DNA from: an uncultured Prevotellaceae bacterium | Lineage (GTDB): Bacteria > Bacteroidota > Bacteroidia > Bacteroidales > Bacteroidaceae | NCBI GenBank assembly: GCA_900318305.1 | Contig: ONKB01000056.1 | Span: 360 to 64,359, forward strand | DNA length: 64,000 bases | Direction: 5' to 3' | In this document: positions 44,658 to 54,231 of the stretch, piece by piece | How the letters are laid out: every line of letters starts with the position of its first letter | Position numbering within the stretch: position 1 is the first letter of the stretch | Position numbers and translations under genes: made by a program | The notes under the pieces: model-generated | What the model was told of the DNA's origin: nothing | What the model saw: only the letters and a program-made list of their open reading frames with translations | Database searches by the model: none

Positions 44658-46445
44658 TTATTTGGTACGCTTGATATATCCGATAATATCGCCGCGCTTC
44701 ACGGTCTGGCCCTGACGGACGGTGAGGTCCACAATCTTGCCGCCCAGGTTGGCAGGTACGGAAACAAGACGGCCGTTGGTGGTCTCGATGACACAGAACT
44801 GGTCGCCTTCCTCGTATGCCTTGCCGATGTATGGTTCCAGTGCAGGACGTGCCTCGTCGGCGGTGCCGATTTCCCAGAGCACCTTGCCCGTCTCGGGAGC
44901 TGTGATGGCATCGGCCTCGGCATGCTTGTACTCGGCTATCTGCTCGGCAGACATACCTTGTGTCGCAGCCAGCTTGGCATCCTTGGCTTTCTGGAGATCT
45001 GCCTCAAAGTTCTTCTTAGCCTGACCGCTCTTGAAGTTGCGGTACTGCTCGGGATGCATGGCAAGCTCGAAGAGTTCCTCATCGTCTTGTCCGTATTCCC
45101 AGCCGTTCTCGTCCATCTCCTTTCTAAAGTCGTCAAGAGCATTGGGATAGAGTGTGTGAGGATCTATATCGGTGAATTCCTTGCCTTTTTCCTTGGCCAG
45201 TTTCTTGATTTCGGGAGCGATTTTTCCTGGAACTTTTCCGCTCTTGCCCAGAATCATTCCCCACATGGCATCGTCCATCATGACAAAGCGGCCCTTGCCC
45301 TGGGCAATTGTCAGAAGGTTCATGAGGGCAATGTTCTTGACATATTGGGAGAATGGTGTAACCAATGGGGGATAGCCTACCATCGGCCATACATATTCCA
45401 CTTCGTTGAAGAGGGCTACCAGCATGTCGTCGGTTGTCAGTTCCGGCTCACCGTTTTTCTTGCGGATGTTGTTGATGGCACCCTGAATGCCGCCGAGGTC
45501 AGCCATCATGGAACCCATCATGCCACCAGGCAGGCCACAGCCAAGCAGGAGCGAGGTCATGTGCTTGTTGGCAGGGTTGATGAAGTAGCCCAGCCATTCA
45601 TCGATGAATTCCTGTGTCATGCTTCGGGCCTTCATATAGGCGCTCATGTTAATCTCAGGGACATCAAAGCCTTCGTTCTTCAGCATGCTCTGCACAGAAA
45701 TGATGTCGGGATGAACCTTACCCCAGCTCAATGGTTCTATGGCTGTGTCGATGATGTCTGCGCCATTGTTGCAGACTTCAAGGATAGAAGCCATGGACAG
45801 TCCCGGGCCGGAGTGACCGTGATATTGGATGATAACCTCGGGATGTTTTTTCTTTATCATGCCGGTCAGCTTGCCGAGCAATGCCGGCTGTCCGATGCCA
45901 GCCATGTCCTTTAGGCAGATTTCAGGCGCGCCGGCCTCGATAAGCTGGTCGGCTATCTTGCTGTAGTACTCTGCGGTGTGGATAGGGGAATTGGTGATAC
46001 ATAAAGTGGCCTGAGGTATCATGCCGCCTTCCTTGGCGTACCTGATGCTCGGAATGATATTGCGCACATCATTCAAGCCGCAGAATATGCGGGTAATGTT
46101 TGTGCCTTGTTTTGCCTTGACTTTGTACATGAGCTGGCGCACATCGTCGGGTACCGGATACATGCGCAGGGCGTTCAGTCCGCGGTCAAGCATGTGGGTC
46201 TGGATACCTGCCTCGTTGAACGGTTTGCAGAATGCGCGTACGGCTTCGTTGGGGTTCTCGCCGGCAAGGAGATTTACCTGCTCAAAGGCTCCACCGTTGG
46301 TCTCTACTCGCACAAAACACCCCATCTCAATAATCACGGGAGCTATGCGTGCCAACTGGTCTTTGCGAGGCTGGAACTTACCGGAACTCTGGAACATGTC
46401 ACGGTAAACCAGACTGAATTGTATTTTCTTCTTTGTTGCTTTCAT
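44658..46445 (-). CDS. oxaloacetate decarboxylase alpha / pyruvate carboxylase subunit B-like carboxyltransferase with C-terminal biotinyl-like domain
   Basis: 595 aa with an HMGL-like TIM-barrel domain (VRVETNGGAFEQ, HGHSGPGL). The C-terminal 82 aa fold like a BCCP domain but lack the MKM motif. Confidence 0.8.
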   Translation of the reverse strand: MKATKKKIQFSLVYRDMFQSSGKFQPRKDQLARIAPVIIEMGCFVRVETNGGAFEQVNLLAGENPNEAVRAFCKPFNEAGIQTHMLDRGLNALRMYPVPDDVRQLMYKVKAKQGTNITRIFCGLNDVRNIIPSIRYAKEGGMIPQATLCITNSPIHTAEYYSKIADQLIEAGAPEICLKDMAGIGQPALLGKLTGMIKKKHPEVIIQYHGHSGPGLSMASILEVCNNGADIIDTAIEPLSWGKVHPDIISVQSMLKNEGFDVPEINMSAYMKARSMTQEFIDEWLGYFINPANKHMTSLLLGCGLPGGMMGSMMADLGGIQGAINNIRKKNGEPELTTDDMLVALFNEVEYVWPMVGYPPLVTPFSQYVKNIALMNLLTIAQGKGRFVMMDDAMWGMILGKSGKVPGKIAPEIKKLAKEKGKEFTDIDPHTLYPNALDDFRKEMDENGWEYGQDDEELFELAMHPEQYRNFKSGQAKKNFEADLQKAKDAKLAATQGMSAEQIAEYKHAEADAITAPETGKVLWEIGTADEARPALEPYIGKAYEEGDQFCVIETTNGRLVSVPANLGGKIVDLTVRQGQTVKRGDIIGYIKRTK

Positions 46446-46488
46446 TTCTTTTGTCTTAAATGCAAAACCTATAATGTCTTATGAGACG

Positions 46489-46496
46489 CAAAGATA
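46489..46496 (-). promoter_or_regulatory. -7 promoter box (TATCTTTG) for the carboxyltransferase gene
   Basis: The minus strand reads TATCTTTG, 44 nt upstream of the ATG at 46445. Confidence 0.45.
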
Positions 46497-46742
46497 CGAA
46501 ATAATGACGAATAAATGTTCGTTTATGAGATTTATAGTTGATAGTCTGTGCCGACAGGCAATGCTGGACCCAGACCTAAAAGGCTCAGTTGGCATAGTTG
46601 GCTCATTGGGCCCATTGGCTCTTTTTAAAATATGTATACATTTTAAATATATATTCCCGTGTGTCCGGCAAGCAGGTCGTGAGATGATTCCTGCCATCGT
46701 GGATGTATATCCTGCCTTTCTCGGGCCGGGAGTGAGGCGGGT

Positions 46743-49160
46743 TTATATAAGAGACCCATACAGAATAGCGTTGGAAAACAACTGGGCAGAACCGTAGAAA
46801 TATGAACGGAAGCAGATACTCACATTAAAGTAAATAATCCTGCCTTTTCCTTTCGTGGCAGTTAGTACGGCTGGCGTTCCGGCTATATTTTCCTTGTAGG
46901 CCTGTGCGAAATACCCCGAAAGTGGCTGCTTAGCGAAGGTGTAGATGGCATCGCTGTTTTCCTTGAAGGTGGTTGTGCTCATCTTGAAGACGGGTATCTC
47001 TGCCGTCGGAATACCCCAGCTCAGCGGAAAGTTGTGGCTCAGGTTCATCTGGAGAATGCCGCCGGGGAATCCTCCTTTGGTGGCTTGTTTGTCGGGGTGT
47101 CCTTTAAGATGTTTCTCTGTGAGACTTTCCATTCCCATCCTCTTGAGCATATGATGGGCATTGTTGGCACAAATCAGTATGCCACCATTTTCTACCCATT
47201 TTTGCAGTTTATCCATGTTCTTGTCGCTTTCGGGCAGACTGCTCGCCATGATAATGGTATTGTATGTGGTGAGGTCTATGTCTTCCAGTTGTTTTGAGTC
47301 GATAAGTGAAGGCTCCATCTGGAAGCGGTAGTCAGTAAGGAACCAGTATGTGCCTGTAGTTGCGGACAGATGGTTGTTTACAGTTATGATGGCAATACGG
47401 GGTTGCCTTAGAGGCAGATAACGGGTTGTGTCGATTATGCCGTCAAAGGCCTTGACATCTACACCTGTGCGTTCGGCCTCTTTTTTTATGATGTCCTCAG
47501 AAACCTCTGCATAGACTGTTCCCTGATTCACCCTGAGAATAGCTCCTTGTCGCTGGAGGGCAAAAACCAGGGCTGGCGCATAGAACTCCTTGGTTTCAAA
47601 CAGATATTTTCCTGTCCCGGTATTCCCTGTCAGGGAGCCTTTGGGGAAACTGAAATCGGTGACCTCCTGGAGGATGAGTTTCTTGTTGTTGATGGTTTCA
47701 TATTTCAGATTGTATGCCATAGGTATTGTCCAGGCACTGATGTCATAGAAGATGCTGTCGCTGAAATTGGATTTGTTGGCATCCATGATACTGTGAACCA
47801 GGGCCGGGTTGTTGCCCTTGAACGGAATGAAGAAATGTTGTCCCTGTCTCATTTCTTTTTTGCTTAACCCTCCTGCAATCTGATAGACTTTGATATGGTG
47901 CTGGTGGAGCATATTCAGGAAATGCCATGTTATGGCTCTTGAGTGGCTGGCAGAAAACATGATGCCTTCGTTGGTGTCTTGCCGCAGCTGGGCCTGATAG
48001 AAATCCAGCATGTATTTCTGGAACAGTTCTTTTTCTTTCCAGGCCGCATAGATGATTGAAAACTGTGCTGATGACTGGTTGCGGATGGTAAAGGGGAATG
48101 TGAGAATGCCGTCGGTGGTCTGGCGATAATGCCCGCGGGACGAAGCCTGCTCACATAGCAGGCAGACAGATCCCTGGACATCTCCGTATGCAGCTCCCTT
48201 GCCGATATAGAAATCATCATACCCGCGTCCGGTAAAATATTTGGATCCAAGACGGTCAAAATCTTTCTGAATATATTTGGCAATAACTCCTGTCATTTTC
48301 TGATTATCCTGAGGCAACTGGTCGGATACACGTTTGGGGTCACCGGGGGAGAAGAAAAAACTGCTGTTTGCACCCATCTCGTGATGGTCGCTCATGACAT
48401 TGGGGAGCCATTCATGGAAGACTTCGACCCCGAATCTGGGCTCAGGATGTTCCAGGAAAAGCCAGTCGCGGTTGAGGTCATGCCAGTAATGGTTATAACG
48501 GCTGCCGGGACCAGCTTCATGGAATTCCCTTGACTGGCTGTCGGCGGTGTTGCTCAGATTGCGGTTGGAATTGACCCATGAGGCAAAACGATTGATGCCG
48601 TCGGGATTATAGCCGGGAATCAGCAGGATGACACTTTCTTTCAGCATTTTTTCTATGTCTTTGCCTTGTGCAGCTGCAAGAAAGTAGGCTACGACGATGG
48701 CACCCTGAACGCCGGACGGCTCATTTCCGTGGATAGAACTGCCCACACATGTCACAACCGGGCCAGCCACGTTTTCTCCATGTATCACCTTGAGATGATT
48801 CTTGCGTATTTGTTCCAGATTCTGCTGGTTTTCTGGAGAGGTGATGGTTAGGCAGAAGAGGGGACGGTTCTCGTAGGTATGACCATAGGTCTTGATGGAG
48901 AAGCGGTCGGACTGTTCCGAGAGCAGGTGCATATATCCTGTCACCTGACTCCAGTCAACATGCTGACTGCCCAGGGGGAAACCCAGGTATAGCTCAGGGG
49001 TCGTGATATCAGGATTCAGCGTGTACTGCCATTCTACAGGCATGTAATAGTCTAAATCAACTTTATAACTGCTGGGTTTAGGCTGTGCTCCAACTTGACA
49101 GATAAACACGATGCTCAGCCACAGTATCAGATTCCTTTTTATGTGATTCAATACATTCAT
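46743..49160 (-). CDS. secreted M14 family zinc carboxypeptidase, multidomain
   Basis: 805 aa with a signal peptide, SIHGNEPSG (HxxE zinc ligands) and NPDG blocks, and a long C-terminal extension. Confidence 0.75.
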   Translation of the reverse strand: MNVLNHIKRNLILWLSIVFICQVGAQPKPSSYKVDLDYYMPVEWQYTLNPDITTPELYLGFPLGSQHVDWSQVTGYMHLLSEQSDRFSIKTYGHTYENRPLFCLTITSPENQQNLEQIRKNHLKVIHGENVAGPVVTCVGSSIHGNEPSGVQGAIVVAYFLAAAQGKDIEKMLKESVILLIPGYNPDGINRFASWVNSNRNLSNTADSQSREFHEAGPGSRYNHYWHDLNRDWLFLEHPEPRFGVEVFHEWLPNVMSDHHEMGANSSFFFSPGDPKRVSDQLPQDNQKMTGVIAKYIQKDFDRLGSKYFTGRGYDDFYIGKGAAYGDVQGSVCLLCEQASSRGHYRQTTDGILTFPFTIRNQSSAQFSIIYAAWKEKELFQKYMLDFYQAQLRQDTNEGIMFSASHSRAITWHFLNMLHQHHIKVYQIAGGLSKKEMRQGQHFFIPFKGNNPALVHSIMDANKSNFSDSIFYDISAWTIPMAYNLKYETINNKKLILQEVTDFSFPKGSLTGNTGTGKYLFETKEFYAPALVFALQRQGAILRVNQGTVYAEVSEDIIKKEAERTGVDVKAFDGIIDTTRYLPLRQPRIAIITVNNHLSATTGTYWFLTDYRFQMEPSLIDSKQLEDIDLTTYNTIIMASSLPESDKNMDKLQKWVENGGILICANNAHHMLKRMGMESLTEKHLKGHPDKQATKGGFPGGILQMNLSHNFPLSWGIPTAEIPVFKMSTTTFKENSDAIYTFAKQPLSGYFAQAYKENIAGTPAVLTATKGKGRIIYFNVSICFRSYFYGSAQLFSNAILYGSLI

Positions 49161-49189
49161 GATATGTTATTGTTTTGATTATAACAATG

Positions 49190-49197
49190 CAAAGATA
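49190..49197 (-). promoter_or_regulatory. -7 promoter box (TATCTTTG) for the M14 gene
   Basis: The minus strand reads TATCTTTG, 30 nt upstream of the ATG at 49160. Confidence 0.45.
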
Positions 49198-49258
49198 AAA
49201 AAGTTCGGGTGTTTAATTGGCTTGCAAGCTCAAGAAGTTTAGGCCAATAATAACAATA

Positions 49259-49287
49259 GGGGAGAAAGCCGTAATGGCATTCCCCCC
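49259..49287 (-). terminator. intrinsic terminator downstream of nifJ
   Basis: The minus-strand RNA reads GGGGGGAAUGCC-AUUAC-GGCUUUCUCCCC (11 of 12 pairs), followed by U-rich UAUUGUUAUUAUU. Confidence 0.5.
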
Positions 49288-49317
49288 TGATTGTATATTA
49301 ATCTGTTAAAGAACGGT

Positions 49318-52300
49318 TCAGACAGACCAGTCTTCTCTGGTCTTTCTTACATAGCTCTTGTAACGTTTCTGAGCGGCTGCCTTAGTGGCATCGTAAAGTT
49401 CCTGGGCCTGTTCCGGCAGGGCTTTCCTCAATGAGAGGAAACGTACTTCTCCGTCGAGATAATCCTGGAACTTATCCCACTGTGGCTCTTTGGAATCCAG
49501 TGTGAACGGATTCTTTCCTTCGTCGGCAAGGGTGGGGTTGTAACGCCACAAGTGCCAGTATCCGCATTCTACGGCTTTGCCTTCTTCTGCCTGACTCTTA
49601 CCCATTCCGCCCTTTGCCTTCAGACCATGGTTGATACATGGGGCATAGGCGATGATGAGTGACGGACCTGGATAGGCTTCAGCCTCACGAATGGCTTTAA
49701 GACATTGTGCCTGGTCTGCACCCATAGCAACTTGTGCCACGTAAACATAGCCGTATGTTGCCTGCATCAGACCAAGATCTTTCTTTGTCACGCGCTTGCC
49801 ACTTGCTGCAAACTGGGCGATGGCACCTATAGGAGTGGCCTTTGATGCCTGACCGCCGGTGTTGGAATATACCTCGGTGTCAAGGACGAGGATATTGATA
49901 TCCTCACCTGATGCCAATACATGATCCAGACCACCATAGCCGATATCATAAGAGGCACCGTCACCGCCAATAATCCATTGGCTGCGTTTGACGAGGTAAT
50001 GGTCGAGTTGTTGCAGCTGCTTGCAGTCGGGACAACCAGCTTTTGCGCCGCCGGCGATGAACTCACGCAACTTGGGAGCTATCTCACGGGTCTTTTCAAA
50101 GTTGTCCTTATTGGCAATCCATTCTTCTGCCAGTTCCTTGAAGCCGGCAGGACACTCAGTATGGGACGTAGCTTCTTTCAGCAGGGCGGCGATGCGGCTC
50201 TTCATTTTTTTGTTGGCCAATACCATGCCGAGGCCGAATTCGCAGAAATCCTCAAACAGGGAGTTGCCCCATGCGGGTCCCTGACCCTTCTCGTTGGTTG
50301 TATAAGGGGTAGATGGGATGGAACCGGAATAAATGGAGGAACAGCCTGTTGCATTCGCAACCATCTGGTGGTCACCGAAGAGCTGGCTCACAAGTTTGAC
50401 ATAAGGTGTCTCACCACATCCTGAGCATGCCCCACTGAACTCGAATAGCGGTGTGGCAAACTGGCTGACGCGTGGGTTGGCAGTTACGTCAATGAGGTGT
50501 TGCTTAGAGGTGACATTCTTGATGCAGTAATCCCAGTTCTGGTCTTCGGCTTCCTGTCCCTCAAACGGAACCATCTCAAGAGCCTTGACCGTTTCGCCAT
50601 TGACCTTCTTGCCAAGACAGACATCGACACAGTTTCCGCAGCCCAGACAGTCCATGACATCAACCTGAATGCGGAACTGCATGTCTTTGAACTGTGCCGG
50701 AGCTTTTATCTCAAGAGTCTCAGCATTGAAACGTGATTTCTCTTTTTCATCCATAACAAACGGACGGATGGCTGCATGAGGGCAGACAAAAGCGCATCGG
50801 TTACACTGGGAACAATTCTGGGCATTCCATACGGGAACGAATGTGGCTACGCCACGTTTCTCATAAGCCGCAGTTCCTTGTTTCCATGAACCGTCTTCAA
50901 TTCCCTGATATGCACTGACAGGGAGAAGATCGCCGTTCTGGGCATTGATAGGACGTACCAGATTGGTGATGTAGTCAGGCTCGTCGCGCTTAATTGCCTC
51001 GTCATCGGCAAGATTTGCCCATGTGGGGTCAATGGCAAGTTTCTTGTATTCGTTTCCACGGTCTACGGCTTGATAGTTCTTGTCAACAACATCCTGTCCT
51101 TTCTTGCTGTATGACTTGACAATGAATTTCTTCATTTGCTCAACAGCAAGGTCAACGGGTATGACTTCTGTAATACGGAAGAATGCACTTTGGAGAATGG
51201 TGTTGGTGCGGTTGCCCAGACCTATTTCCTGTGCAATCTTGGTAGCGTTGATGTAATAGACGGTAATATTGTGTTTGGCAAAATATTTCTTGACGTTATT
51301 GGGCAGGTTCCCTACCAGTTCATCGCCTTCCCAGATAGTGTTCAGTAGGAATGTGCCGCCGTCGCGTAAACCGCGCAGGACATCATACATTCTTAAATAT
51401 GCCTGTACATGGCAAGCCACGAAATTGGGTGTCTTGATCTGATATGTGGAACGGATTGGAGTGTCACCGAAACGGAGGTGTGAACAGGTAAATCCGCCAG
51501 ACTTCTTGGAGTCGTAGGAGAAATAAGCCTGACAATACTTGTCGGTATTCTCTCCGATAATTTTCACCGAGTTCTTGTTGGCGCCAACTGTGCCGTCTGC
51601 ACCAAGACCAAAGAACTTGGCCTCAAAAATACCTTCACCACCTAGGGCCATCTCTTCTTTTAAAGGAAGGGAAGTGAAAGTCACATCGTCAACGATGCCC
51701 AGAGTGAAGTGATCCTTAGGCTGAGGCAACTTGAGATTATCAAATACGGAGATAATCATTGTAGGTGTTGTGTCGCTGGAAGCTAAACCATAGCGGCCGC
51801 CAACGATGGCAGGAGCATTCTCAATGCCATAGAGGGCTTCCTTGACATCCAGATACAGAGGCTCAGCATTGGCACCGGGCTCTTTCGTGCGGTCCAACAC
51901 GGCAATGTTCTTAACCGTCTTTGGAATAGCCTGAAGGAGGTGCTTGGCGGAGAACGGACGATAGAGGTGCACGCTTATCATACCGACTTTCTCGCCTTTC
52001 CCGACAAGATAGTCGATAGCTTCTCGGGCAGCTTCTGTAGCTGAACCCATCAGAATGATGATGCGGTCAGCATCGGCAGCACCATAGTATGAGAATAGTT
52101 TGTACTCGCGTCCGCAAATTTTGGATACTTCGGCCATGTATTTCTCTACGATGTCAGGGATAGCGTCATAGTATTTATTGCAACTTTCCCTGTGAGCGAA
52201 GAATGTCTCAGGATTCTCTGCCATGCCGCGGGCTTCCGGATGTTCAGGTGTCAATGCACGGGAACGGAAGTCAGCGAGTGCTTTTTGGTTAAGGAGAGGA

Positions 52301-52881
52301 CGTAACTCCTCTTTGTCCATAACTTCAATTTTCTGATACTCGTGGGAGGTGCGGAAACCGTCGAAGAAATTGATGAAAGGAACACGTCCCTCAATTGTGG
52401 CAAGGTGAGCCACAGCGCTGAGGTCCATAACTTCCTGGACGCTGCCCTCACAGAGCATGGCGAAACCAGTCTGGCGGCATGCCATCACATCACTGTGGTC
52501 TCCGAAGATGGAGAGGGAGTGGGTTGCTACGGTACGGGCACTGACATGGAAAACACTTGGAAGAAGTTCTCCTGCTATTTTGTACATGTTGGGAATCATG
52601 AGCAATAATCCCTGTGAGGCCGTGAATGTTGTGGTTAATGCACCGGCATGCAATGAACCGTGAAGAGCACCAGCAGCTCCACCTTCACTTTGCATCTCTT
52701 GAACAGACACAGTATCCCCAAAAAGGTTTTTCCGCCCTTTGGATGCCCAGTCGTCAACATGTTCCGCCATAGGCGAGGAGGGAGTAATAGGGTATATGGC
52801 AGCAACCTCTGTAAACATATAGGCTATGTGTGCAGCGGCTTCATTGCCATCGCAGGTTAAAAATTTTTTTTCTTTAGCCAT
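49318..52881 (-). CDS. nifJ: pyruvate:ferredoxin (flavodoxin) oxidoreductase
   Basis: 1187 aa with MAKEKKFLTCDGNEAAAHIAY, two ferredoxin-type CxxCxxCxxxCP clusters and a TPP-binding GGDGASYDIG block. Confidence 0.95.
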   Translation of the reverse strand: MAKEKKFLTCDGNEAAAHIAYMFTEVAAIYPITPSSPMAEHVDDWASKGRKNLFGDTVSVQEMQSEGGAAGALHGSLHAGALTTTFTASQGLLLMIPNMYKIAGELLPSVFHVSARTVATHSLSIFGDHSDVMACRQTGFAMLCEGSVQEVMDLSAVAHLATIEGRVPFINFFDGFRTSHEYQKIEVMDKEELRPLLNQKALADFRSRALTPEHPEARGMAENPETFFAHRESCNKYYDAIPDIVEKYMAEVSKICGREYKLFSYYGAADADRIIILMGSATEAAREAIDYLVGKGEKVGMISVHLYRPFSAKHLLQAIPKTVKNIAVLDRTKEPGANAEPLYLDVKEALYGIENAPAIVGGRYGLASSDTTPTMIISVFDNLKLPQPKDHFTLGIVDDVTFTSLPLKEEMALGGEGIFEAKFFGLGADGTVGANKNSVKIIGENTDKYCQAYFSYDSKKSGGFTCSHLRFGDTPIRSTYQIKTPNFVACHVQAYLRMYDVLRGLRDGGTFLLNTIWEGDELVGNLPNNVKKYFAKHNITVYYINATKIAQEIGLGNRTNTILQSAFFRITEVIPVDLAVEQMKKFIVKSYSKKGQDVVDKNYQAVDRGNEYKKLAIDPTWANLADDEAIKRDEPDYITNLVRPINAQNGDLLPVSAYQGIEDGSWKQGTAAYEKRGVATFVPVWNAQNCSQCNRCAFVCPHAAIRPFVMDEKEKSRFNAETLEIKAPAQFKDMQFRIQVDVMDCLGCGNCVDVCLGKKVNGETVKALEMVPFEGQEAEDQNWDYCIKNVTSKQHLIDVTANPRVSQFATPLFEFSGACSGCGETPYVKLVSQLFGDHQMVANATGCSSIYSGSIPSTPYTTNEKGQGPAWGNSLFEDFCEFGLGMVLANKKMKSRIAALLKEATSHTECPAGFKELAEEWIANKDNFEKTREIAPKLREFIAGGAKAGCPDCKQLQQLDHYLVKRSQWIIGGDGASYDIGYGGLDHVLASGEDINILVLDTEVYSNTGGQASKATPIGAIAQFAASGKRVTKKDLGLMQATYGYVYVAQVAMGADQAQCLKAIREAEAYPGPSLIIAYAPCINHGLKAKGGMGKSQAEEGKAVECGYWHLWRYNPTLADEGKNPFTLDSKEPQWDKFQDYLDGEVRFLSLRKALPEQAQELYDATKAAAQKRYKSYVRKTREDWSV

Positions 52882-52922
52882 TTTTGATGATGTATTTAAA
52901 TTTTAATAATGATTTCAGTATT

Positions 52923-54101
52923 CTAATAGAGGAAACCGAATAGCCAGAGTGGTATTTCTTCGTTGTGGCTGACCTCCCAGTTGTATCTGGCATAGAAAAG
53001 GTCTTGCTCTTTGCGTTTCTTGTCGGTCTTGTTGCAAACGCAAATTTTCCTGTTATCAACATAGAAGATTCCGGCTTTCTTTGTTGCCTCAACGGTATGG
53101 TGACGCCATACGCTGTTAATGAAGAAGGTCTCCATTATCTCCTGCTCTGAGGGAGTGTCGTTCAATACGCCATAAAGCAGGTTGGTGTTGTGAAGGAGTA
53201 TCCTTGCCGGTTTTTTAGGACCTGTTGTGCCGGCCTTGAAAACTTGATGGATAAGACGTGCCTCCTCCAGATTATTCATGTAGTTCATGACTGTAGCACG
53301 GGATGTCCGGATTTCTTTTGCAAGATTGCTCACGTTGGGCGTATTCTGCTGATTAATTGCTAGCAAGTAGAGCAGTTGCTTTAACCGTGAGAGGTATTTG
53401 ACATCGATCTGCTTGATAAACAACACGTCGATTTCAAGCATGGCATTCAGGTTTTTGAGGAGATGCTCGGTAAAATTTAGGTTCTCTTTGTAGAAAGGAT
53501 AGTACCCGTGATGCAAATAGTTTTGGAGATACAGCCAAGGGCGTACTTTCATCAGGATGTTCCTCTGGGTTTGTTCCGTTTTGAACATGATGTCCTCCAT
53601 TGTCACCCTCGGAATGTTCTCATGGGTCTGGAGATTGATATACTCACGCAGGGAAAAGCCATGCAGGATATAACTCTTGCTCAGTTTATTGATTTCGTGG
53701 TTTTCCGAGAAGGGTTTCTCTACGGTTGTAGTGGAATAGATGATATGAAGTTGCGGATAGGTGTGATAACACTCACAAAGCATGTCTCTCCAGCCGTTCT
53801 GCTTGTATATCTGGTCAATGACAAGCACCTTGCCACCACGCTTGACAAACTCACCGGCAAATTTTACAAGGCTGCATCCCTGAAAATAAAAACTTGACAT
53901 GTTGATGTAAAGACATCTCTCGAGCTGCGGGTTGAAATTGAGCTTGATATATTGAAGCAGGAATGTTGTCTTGCCTACACCGCGAGGACCTTTTATTCCA
54001 ATGAGACGATGACTCCAATCAATCTCGTTCATTAAAGAGCGAGGCATTGACGCATCCGTGTGCTCAATGAGGTATGCGTGCCTATGAAAGAAATTGTCCA
54101 T
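52923..54101 (-). CDS. AAA-type ATP-binding protein (DUF4143-like family)
   Basis: 392 aa with Walker A GPRGVGKTT, a winged-helix-like middle region and the characteristic C-terminal end IPLWLFGFLY. Confidence 0.8.
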   Translation of the reverse strand: MDNFFHRHAYLIEHTDASMPRSLMNEIDWSHRLIGIKGPRGVGKTTFLLQYIKLNFNPQLERCLYINMSSFYFQGCSLVKFAGEFVKRGGKVLVIDQIYKQNGWRDMLCECYHTYPQLHIIYSTTTVEKPFSENHEINKLSKSYILHGFSLREYINLQTHENIPRVTMEDIMFKTEQTQRNILMKVRPWLYLQNYLHHGYYPFYKENLNFTEHLLKNLNAMLEIDVLFIKQIDVKYLSRLKQLLYLLAINQQNTPNVSNLAKEIRTSRATVMNYMNNLEEARLIHQVFKAGTTGPKKPARILLHNTNLLYGVLNDTPSEQEIMETFFINSVWRHHTVEATKKAGIFYVDNRKICVCNKTDKKRKEQDLFYARYNWEVSHNEEIPLWLFGFLY

Positions 54102-54118
54102 AATTTTATATTTAAGTC

Positions 54119-54126
54119 ACAAAGAT
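54119..54126 (-). promoter_or_regulatory. -7 promoter box (TATCTTTG) for the AAA ATPase gene
   Basis: The minus strand reads TATCTTTG, only 18 nt upstream of the ATG at 54101. Confidence 0.35.
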
Positions 54127-54180
54127 AAAAAAAAATTGCATATTCTGTTATGTCAAAAGCCTAAAAAGGCGGAAAAAAAA

Positions 54181-54188
54181 TATCTTTG
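54181..54188 (+). promoter_or_regulatory. -7 promoter box (TATCTTTG) for the ATP-grasp-like gene
   Basis: TATCTTTG 44 nt upstream of the ATG at 54232. Confidence 0.4.
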
Positions 54189-54231
54189 CATTGTGAAAGC
54201 ATTCTATTTCAATTATTCCCACGATGTGCAA

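Noticed and set aside
46446-46742. Possible small RNA or gene in the 297-nt gap between the M14 and carboxyltransferase genes. It contains TTGGC direct repeats, an ATGTATACAT palindrome and ORF 46474..46797.
   Set aside because: Only the carboxyltransferase promoter box is convincing. The ORF overlaps the M14 3' end, has no motifs, and I found no terminator-like structure to delimit an RNA.
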